64,000 bases of DNA from an uncultured Candidatus Binatia bacterium. Lineage in GTDB: Bacteria > Desulfobacterota > Binatia > Bin18. Positions 57,496-64,000 of the stretch are shown one piece after another. The stretch lies in assembly GCA_965200965.1 (NCBI GenBank), contig OZ241744.1, forward strand, positions 2,336,001 through 2,400,000, written 5' to 3'. Every line of letters starts with the position of its first letter. Positions within the stretch are counted from its first letter, which is position 1. The translations under genes were made by a program, and so were the position numbers. Under the pieces are notes generated by a model, which was not told the DNA's origin, searched no databases, and worked only from the letters and a program-made list of their open reading frames with translations.

Positions 57496-57613
57496 GGGGG
57501 CATTCAAAGCCCGACCGCCCGCAATGTCAAGCTGTAAGCGCGTCAGCCACTTTTGCCGGAGGGGGTGGTTTCTGCTAAGAGAGAGCAGGACGACGCAAAG
57601 GGAGGCAAAGACC

Positions 57614-58762
57614 ATGTTTACCCATCCCGTGATTTCTGCCGACGGTCACATTGATCTGCCGTGCTTGCCGGCCGGCCTGTTTACCGACAACGCTCCGGCC
57701 AGCCTGAGAGACAAAATGCCCAAGGTCGCAGACCGACCCGAGGGCAAAACCTGGGTGTCCCACCAGGGAACAACTCTGGGACTGGTCGGCGGTATGGGCT
57801 CGGCCGGACGCCAGTACATTCCGGGCCAAATCTACCGGGCCGACCGCATGGCCGAGACCGGGCTGTACGAAGATCAGAGCCGGGGCGTCATGCGGCCCGC
57901 CATTCCTGAGTTGCGGCTCAAAGACCAGGAGCGCGACGGCGTGGTCGGCGAGGTCCTGTATGGGGTGCTGGGCGCGGCCAGCCGCATCAACGACCCCGAG
58001 GTCAGCGATGTGGTGGTGACGATCTACAACGATTTTGCGGCGGATTTCAGCAAGGCCAGCCCCAGCCGGTTTGCGTGTGTGGCGAGCCTGCCCACCTCGA
58101 CCGAGGACCGCACGGCCGACGAGATCCGGCGCTGCGCCAAACTGGGCCTCAAGGGCGCGGAGCTGGCGGCCCAGCACAATATGAAGCCGCTGTGGCATCT
58201 GGACTGGGAGCCGGTGTGGCAGGCGGCCCACGAAACCGGCCTGCCGATCCACCTGCATACCATCGGTCCCAAAGTCGATATGAAATGGCTGCAAGACCAC
58301 CGCTCGCGGCGGATGTGGCTGGCCACGATTCTGACCGAGTTTCAGATCTCGATGGCCGGCTGTATGGGCGCGATCATTTACGGCGGTGCCCTGGAACGCT
58401 ATCCGAATCTGAGGATCGTGATTGGCGAGGCCGGCATTGGCTGGATTCCCTATGTGCTTGAACGCATGGATTACGAGTGGGAAGACCAGTTCAGAGACCT
58501 GGAACTGAAAATGAAACCCAGCGAGTACTGGTACCGCCAGATGTACGCCACCTTCCAGCAGGACCAGACCGGCATTGACCAGATTGAGAAGGTCGGCGTC
58601 AACAACGTCATGTGGGGCTCGGACTTTCCCCACCCGGACGGCGTGTGGCCGGACTCACAGGACTTCTTGCACAAGCAGCTCGGCCACCTGCCGGAAGACC
58701 TCCGCCGCAAACTGGTCTACGAGAATGTCGGCACGCTGTACGGGTTTCCGCTCGGCCACTAG
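57614..58762 (+). CDS. Amidohydrolase_2 family protein
   Basis: ISADGHID, PIHLHT, LERYPNLRIVIGEAGIGW, MWGSDFPHPD; GGAGG RBS. Confidence 0.92.
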   Translation: MFTHPVISADGHIDLPCLPAGLFTDNAPASLRDKMPKVADRPEGKTWVSHQGTTLGLVGGMGSAGRQYIPGQIYRADRMAETGLYEDQSRGVMRPAIPELRLKDQERDGVVGEVLYGVLGAASRINDPEVSDVVVTIYNDFAADFSKASPSRFACVASLPTSTEDRTADEIRRCAKLGLKGAELAAQHNMKPLWHLDWEPVWQAAHETGLPIHLHTIGPKVDMKWLQDHRSRRMWLATILTEFQISMAGCMGAIIYGGALERYPNLRIVIGEAGIGWIPYVLERMDYEWEDQFRDLELKMKPSEYWYRQMYATFQQDQTGIDQIEKVGVNNVMWGSDFPHPDGVWPDSQDFLHKQLGHLPEDLRRKLVYENVGTLYGFPLGH

Positions 58763-58815
58763 GGCGCACCCCATGCGACAGATGCTGTTTTGATTCGACC
58801 AGGAGGGCAACGCAG

Positions 58816-59967
58816 ATGACCGATATCGGTACCCTTGGCGCGCGGTTGGCAACGATACGCGAGACCATGCGCGTCCACTACGCGAAACAGCATGCCGACC
58901 CGTGGATTGTGGCCTATTCGGGGGGCAAAGATTCGACCCTGCTGTTGCATCTGAGCTGGGAAGTGCTGACCTCGTTCCCGCCTGCCGCGCGGCGACGGAC
59001 GATTCATGTGGTGTCCAACGACACCCTGGTGGAATCGCCCCTGGTCATCGATCATCTGAAAAAAAGCCTCGCGGTCATACGCTCGGCGGCACAGTGTGCC
59101 ACTCTTCCGATCACCGTCACCATCACGGAGCCCTGTATTGACCAGACCTTCTGGGTGAACGTGATCGGGCGGGGCTATATTCCCCCCACCCGCAACTTCC
59201 GGTGGTGTACCGACCGGATGAAAATCCACCCTACGAACGCCTTTCTGGAAAAGCTCATCCGTTCACACACACGCGCAGTCTTGCTGATCGGGACGCGCAG
59301 AAGCGAATCACAGAACCGGCGGCGCACGATGAGAAAACATGGGGTGAAAGCGGACGCGATGAATCCCCATCAGACGATCACGGGGTGTCGTATCTTTGCC
59401 CCGCTGGCGGATTTGGACGACAATGATGTCTGGACGATCTTGCTGCAACGCCAGCCCCCGTGGGGCGGTTCGCACCGCGACCTGATTGGCCTGTACCGGA
59501 ATGCCGGGGGCGGTGAGTGCCCCTTAGTCCTGACCAAAGCGGATGCGCCGTCCTGCGGGACAACATCGCCCCGCTTCGGCTGCTGGACCTGTACGGTCGT
59601 ACCCAAGGACAAAAGTCTCCGCGGCGTGATCGCCGCTGGCCATGAAGAGGAAGACAAGTTGGAAGCCCTCGCCGACTTCCGTGACTGGCTGATCGCCCTC
59701 CGCGAAAATACCCGCAACCGCCTGCCGGTCCGCCGGGATGGAAGCACCAAGCTGCGCGAAGACGGCAGCCGGGTCTTCGGGCCGTTCAGGCTGGATATCC
59801 GGGAAAAGATTTTGGACCGCCTGCACGGCCTCGAACGGCACTGTCAGGAATCCCTTATCTCGCCAGCAGAACTCGAAGTCATCGAGGACATCTGGCGACA
59901 TGATCGCATTCGAGAACAAGGACGCCTCGCACTCTCACCACAGGCAGAGGAGGGGATAGGGGAGTGA
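58816..59967 (+). CDS. dndC: DndC-like PAPS-reductase/PP-loop sulfurtransferase
   Basis: PWIVAYSGGKDST, NDTLVESP, FWVNVIGRGY, FRWCTDRMKIHP, GTRRSES, GGECP, SCG..SPRFGCWTCTVV; AGGAGG RBS. Confidence 0.88.
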   Translation: MTDIGTLGARLATIRETMRVHYAKQHADPWIVAYSGGKDSTLLLHLSWEVLTSFPPAARRRTIHVVSNDTLVESPLVIDHLKKSLAVIRSAAQCATLPITVTITEPCIDQTFWVNVIGRGYIPPTRNFRWCTDRMKIHPTNAFLEKLIRSHTRAVLLIGTRRSESQNRRRTMRKHGVKADAMNPHQTITGCRIFAPLADLDDNDVWTILLQRQPPWGGSHRDLIGLYRNAGGGECPLVLTKADAPSCGTTSPRFGCWTCTVVPKDKSLRGVIAAGHEEEDKLEALADFRDWLIALRENTRNRLPVRRDGSTKLREDGSRVFGPFRLDIREKILDRLHGLERHCQESLISPAELEVIEDIWRHDRIREQGRLALSPQAEEGIGE

Positions 59968-61784
59968 CGACGACAGCCCATACTCAGCCGGTTATCTGCT
60001 CTCAATCTCGTATCTTTTCTGAGTTGTTTCACACAGGGACGTTTGCCGTCCCGTGGCATCAGCGCCGCTATGATTGGACAAAAGAGCATGTTTCTGAACT
60101 GCTCCGGGATATTGACGAAGCCGTAACCGAGGAGCGGCAATGTTATTTCCTGGGTGCAATCATGCTTGTCGAAAAGGGGCCAGACACATGGGAAATTAAC
60201 GATGGACAACAACGCATGGTCACATATTCCCTTCTTTGTGCCTGCTTCTGTCGTTCGTTCAGAGAAGCGAATGATTCGCACCGTGAGCACCACGCTCTTC
60301 GCGTCCTCTTCAACATAGGCGTAAACAGCACCGCGACATTAAACGAGGCCGATAAGCTAAGTCCCCGCCTTACGCCTCCGCGTGATGACAAAACCCGCTA
60401 CAACCTGATGATTCGGGGGCATAGCATCGGAACCAACGGAAAACTTACCTCTGCATGGAGAGAAATTGAAAACTTCATTTCGGGTATGAGGCAAGAAAAA
60501 CGGGTCAGTTTTTTTGACTTTCTCCTCCAGAGGATAGAAGTAGCCTGTCTTTACATCCCTCCCGACATTGACCCAAATTCGGTTTACGAAACGATAAACT
60601 CCCGCGGCAAACAGCTGGACGATCTGGACCTTATCCGAAACTATCTGTATTCGTACTTCAATGCTGAAAGGGAAAAACCCAGGCGTGACACCATGCACGA
60701 TAATCTTGAAAGCGTGCGTAGCCAACTGAGAGAAGATATGAAGTTCAGCGATTACGCGCGGTGCTACTTTCAATGCCGGTATGGCTTTTTACCGAAAAAT
60801 CGTTTTTACAGAGAAAGCCGGGATAAAATTCGTTCCACCACTGAACGCGGTCCAACCGTGAAAAGGCCGGCAGACTATATTTATGATCTCGTCTCCGACT
60901 TTTCGCGCAAGGAACAGGTAGAACTGTTTCGAGTCGTAGCAACGCCCAGCCGTGGCGAGTCTTTCATCGGGAGATTCCTAAAGGATTCTGGAAAGGGAAA
61001 TTCACGTCGGAATCTATCTCTCTTTCTAAGAGAACTGGCGACCTATAAAGTTACACAGCCAGTAGTATTTGCGCTGCTGTGGCAGTACGAGAAGGAATCA
61101 GATGGCAGGAAAAAGAAAAGGCTGGCGAATTTTGTCCACGGAAAGCTGAAGGATTTTACTTCCTTCGTAATGCGGACCGCTTTTGTGGCACCCAAATTTG
61201 AGCCATCTCACTTCGAGAGAGAATTTTCAGACTTCGCCGAAAAAGTCGTGTCCTCAACGTCAGTATACGATATTCGCTTTGACGAATTTCTGAGAGATTG
61301 CGATGCTGCCTACACCATTTTGGACGACACAAAATTTACTGAAAGGATGAAGAAACAGGAAATGCGCGACACAAAAAAAATCAAACGGTTCTTGCTCGGC
61401 CTCAACCATGTTCTCCAATCCGACAGCGATGTTATCAACGAGTACCACTGTACCGTTGAACATATCCTCCCAAAATCTGAGCGGCACTGGCAAGAATGGG
61501 ATAACTTTGAGGGAACAAACCCGGGGGACTGGATTCACCGTATCGGCAATCTGACCTTGCTCGGACGATCTGACAACAAACCCGGTGATGCTGAAAATCG
61601 GAATTTTTCCCGAAAAAGACAGGGTTACAAACGGAGTGCAATTCTGCTTACTCAAGAAATTGGCAAACGTGACCAGTGGTCCCCGAACGAAATTGACAAG
61701 AGGCAAGAAGAACTGATCACTCGTGCTACTCATGTCTGGTCTTTCTCCGGTCAGCAACATGAAAAGACAAGACAAGAAAATTAA
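59964..61784 (+). CDS. DUF262 and DUF1524/HNH protein (GmrSD/SspE-like nuclease)
   Basis: VPWHQRRYDW, INDGQQRM, YETINSRGKQL, TVEHILPK, IGNLTLL; GTGA overlap with the dndC stop. Confidence 0.88.
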   Translation: MTTTAHTQPVICSQSRIFSELFHTGTFAVPWHQRRYDWTKEHVSELLRDIDEAVTEERQCYFLGAIMLVEKGPDTWEINDGQQRMVTYSLLCACFCRSFREANDSHREHHALRVLFNIGVNSTATLNEADKLSPRLTPPRDDKTRYNLMIRGHSIGTNGKLTSAWREIENFISGMRQEKRVSFFDFLLQRIEVACLYIPPDIDPNSVYETINSRGKQLDDLDLIRNYLYSYFNAEREKPRRDTMHDNLESVRSQLREDMKFSDYARCYFQCRYGFLPKNRFYRESRDKIRSTTERGPTVKRPADYIYDLVSDFSRKEQVELFRVVATPSRGESFIGRFLKDSGKGNSRRNLSLFLRELATYKVTQPVVFALLWQYEKESDGRKKKRLANFVHGKLKDFTSFVMRTAFVAPKFEPSHFEREFSDFAEKVVSSTSVYDIRFDEFLRDCDAAYTILDDTKFTERMKKQEMRDTKKIKRFLLGLNHVLQSDSDVINEYHCTVEHILPKSERHWQEWDNFEGTNPGDWIHRIGNLTLLGRSDNKPGDAENRNFSRKRQGYKRSAILLTQEIGKRDQWSPNEIDKRQEELITRATHVWSFSGQQHEKTRQEN

Positions 61785-62082
61785 GTGGACACACACCAAC
61801 ATTAGTGAAATACCGAGATCAATATCTGGGGTTTACGCTTTTTGGTGTCGAGAGAACGAGAAATGTATCTACGTTGGCAAGGCTGCTGAGCAACCAATAA
61901 GAAAGCGGCTGCTCCAGCACTGGCGTGGATCACACAACAGAACGCTGAATCTATGGATTCAGGCTTTTGGTGAACATTTGGACGTTTGCTACATGTCTGT
62001 CACACCGAGCAAAATTGACCGCTTCGAGCAGAGGTTAATCAGGCTCTGGAGACCAGAAGCAAACGTGCAACACAATCCATGA
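61759..62082 (+). CDS. Small GIY-YIG nuclease
   Basis: SGVYAF...IYVGKA...IRKRLLQH...EQRLIRLWRPEAN. Confidence 0.8.
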   Translation: MKRQDKKIKWTHTNISEIPRSISGVYAFWCRENEKCIYVGKAAEQPIRKRLLQHWRGSHNRTLNLWIQAFGEHLDVCYMSVTPSKIDRFEQRLIRLWRPEANVQHNP

Positions 62083-62092
62083 GGAGGAGCAA

Positions 62093-63364
62093 ATGCCTAC
62101 AACTGTTCCGGCAATGAAATCGCAATTGGGCGACACCGAATATTTCATCTTGTCGATGAAAGCTCAAAAATTGGTGGAAATGGTCAAAATTCCCAAGGAG
62201 CTAGAGGAATGGAAAGATATGTCTGTTGAAGAGCGATATCAACGAGACATCAATTACACCCGGGTTAAAAAACAAATTGCGCCATATTTGGCCAATGATG
62301 AATCGCGGTTCTTCGGCGCGATTATCGTTGCAGCGATGAACTTCGGCGATGACGTGACATTCGAACCATTGGCCGAAATTGCCACGAAAGGCTTGCCTGG
62401 CTTGTATCGCAAGGCGGCAACCAACATGGGGTTTTTGACCTTTGGAGATGGGGAACTTCTCGTGCCGCTGGACGGCCAACATCGCCTGAAGGCGATAGAG
62501 TTTGCCATAACTGGCCGCGACGAAAAGCTGAAAGACATTCCCAATGTCATGCCCTGTACTCAACTCGCACAGGAAGATGTCACCGTTATTTTGGTCCCAT
62601 ACGTCGTGGCGAAAGCGCGCAAAATTTTTACGCGGGTCAACCGCTACGCCAGACCAACCACCACCGGACAAAACTTCGTCACCGACGATGATGATATCAT
62701 CGCCGTGTTGGCCCGCGAAATCGTGAACGACCTCATCGGCGGGCGTCTTGCCAAATACACCAGCAACACCTTGACCCCGAAAGACCCGGAGTTCACCACC
62801 CTCTCCATTGTCTACAACTGTAACAAGGAGATTCTCACCAAGGCGTTTCCAACCGGAGAACCGGATACAATCCAATTGCCCGACACCGCCAAAAGACAAC
62901 TGTACCGTGACAAGGTACGCGAAGTGTGGGAGCTCTTGCTGCAAGAAATTGAGGTCTTCGCGGACGCACTCAGCGATAAAGAAGAGACGGGCGATGAAAA
63001 ACGCCGTGAAATACGCAAAACCAATGTGCTGGGCAAGCCGGTGGGCCAGGAGTGCCTGGTGCGGGCGTTCCTTCGTCTGACAGGTTCACCCAGCAACATG
63101 GGAGACGAGAAAGCGTGCGAACGGCTGAATGCTCTGCCTTGGGCCATTACCGAGGAAAACCTGAACGTGTGGCAAAATGTCCTTTGGACAGGCGGGGTAG
63201 ACGGCAAGATCATTACCAAAAAGCGCCCCTTGGCGACGAAACTGATTGCCTGCATGGCTGGCGAGAAAATCACCGCCGAGAAAAAAGCCGGGTTGCTGAC
63301 AGAATATCGTGAGCTGTTCCCCGAAGCCGAACGCGGGAGTAAACAGTTACCTGAGTTGCCCTGA
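62093..63364 (+). CDS. DndB-like DGQHR-domain protein
   Basis: YQRDINYTRVKKQIAPYL, RFFGAII, PLDGQHRL, IFTRVNRYA; GAGGAGG RBS. Confidence 0.88.
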   Translation: MPTTVPAMKSQLGDTEYFILSMKAQKLVEMVKIPKELEEWKDMSVEERYQRDINYTRVKKQIAPYLANDESRFFGAIIVAAMNFGDDVTFEPLAEIATKGLPGLYRKAATNMGFLTFGDGELLVPLDGQHRLKAIEFAITGRDEKLKDIPNVMPCTQLAQEDVTVILVPYVVAKARKIFTRVNRYARPTTTGQNFVTDDDDIIAVLAREIVNDLIGGRLAKYTSNTLTPKDPEFTTLSIVYNCNKEILTKAFPTGEPDTIQLPDTAKRQLYRDKVREVWELLLQEIEVFADALSDKEETGDEKRREIRKTNVLGKPVGQECLVRAFLRLTGSPSNMGDEKACERLNALPWAITEENLNVWQNVLWTGGVDGKIITKKRPLATKLIACMAGEKITAEKKAGLLTEYRELFPEAERGSKQLPELP

Positions 63365-63622
63365 TTCGGAGCCTGAGTTGACAAGCCGACCGATTCGCAC
63401 GAACGACCTGGTTCGAGAGGGGGACTGACCCCTATGGACTTCCGCGCTCACCTGCTACGCGCCGTTCAGCCGCAAGGGGCGGCCCTGTTGGATGTGTTCT
63501 GGGACATGGGCCTGAACGGGTCAGACTGGCCGGTCCAGGGCGGGCGGCCCTGACAGGCGTCCGCGGTTTCGGTCTGCACCACCACCCGCGGCCGTTGGGG
63601 CCGCAATCCTTGGAGGCACAGC

Positions 63623-64000
63623 ATGGATGACACGTCTCTTCACGAGCGTTTCCGGCGCGTTGCGCCACCGGCCGATTTCTGCTCCCTGCGCCTGGTTGAG
63701 GAGCGTTCGCAACATATCGCTGTCCGCCAGGATATCGTCCAGCCCGTGACCAGCGCGGAAGACCGCGGGGCCATGATAACGGTCATTGACCGCGGCGGAC
63801 TCGGCTATGCCGCGACCGGCGACCTCAGCCAGGCCGGGCTGCGTCGGGCGGCAGAGCAGGCCCGGGCCTGGGCCTGGCGCAGCGCCGACCACAGCGTACT
63901 TGATTTTTCCCGGCTCCGGTTGGCCAGTCCGGGCGGCAGCTATGCGACACCGGTTGCGCGGCCCTGGGACTCGGTGCCGCTGGGCGAGAAAATTGACCTC
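63623..64000 (+). CDS. TldD/PmbA family protein (partial, runs off the right edge; absent from the ORF track)
   Basis: GGAGG RBS; MDDTSLHERF...ADFCSLRLVEERSQHIAVRQD...GLGYAATGDLSQAGL. Confidence 0.8.
   Translation, partial: MDDTSLHERFRRVAPPADFCSLRLVEERSQHIAVRQDIVQPVTSAEDRGAMITVIDRGGLGYAATGDLSQAGLRRAAEQARAWAWRSADHSVLDFSRLRLASPGGSYATPVARPWDSVPLGEKIDL

Noticed and set aside
55267-57531. Long direct repeats considered as a CRISPR array or IS copies
   Set aside because: Units are whole genes of 537-579 bp with no unique spacers, no cas genes and no transposase motifs.
63365-63620. TTGACA and short hairpin GGGGACTGACCCC after the DGQHR gene, considered as an ncRNA or att site
   Set aside because: No second copy seen at the other cassette boundary and no recognisable RNA structure; too weak to call.

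Overview
GC-rich bacterial window. Its expanded CoA transferases, LLM/SDR/amidohydrolase enzymes, TPR/HEAT/pentapeptide proteins and small coiled-coil genes resemble uncultured Binatia/Deltaproteobacteria-like host-associated genomes; this is an inference only. There are three defence loci. (1) 1-10.8 kb: an SNF2-DUF3883 helicase and DUF1156 methylase operon packed with three ABC/AAA ATPases and showing apparent deletion scars. (2) 41.1-48.3 kb: a Type III R-M operon interleaved with repeat and coiled-coil genes. (3) 58.8-63.4 kb: a compact dndC-like / DUF262-HNH / GIY-YIG / DGQHR cassette with no dndD or dndE, the best candidate for an undescribed system. Other notable features are nine copies of a 47-bp palindrome that often lies inside open reading frames, a four-copy tandem array of apparently leaderless variable-length coiled-coil genes, a duplicated promoter/gene-end block split by a 1.8-kb insert, an unnamed secreted domain present three times, and 11-bp-phased operator-like repeats between a wHTH-STAND regulator and a dodecin-dodecin-HPF operon. 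No rRNA, tRNA, CRISPR array, integrase or transposase was recognised. All family assignments come from motif recognition by eye, not from database searches.
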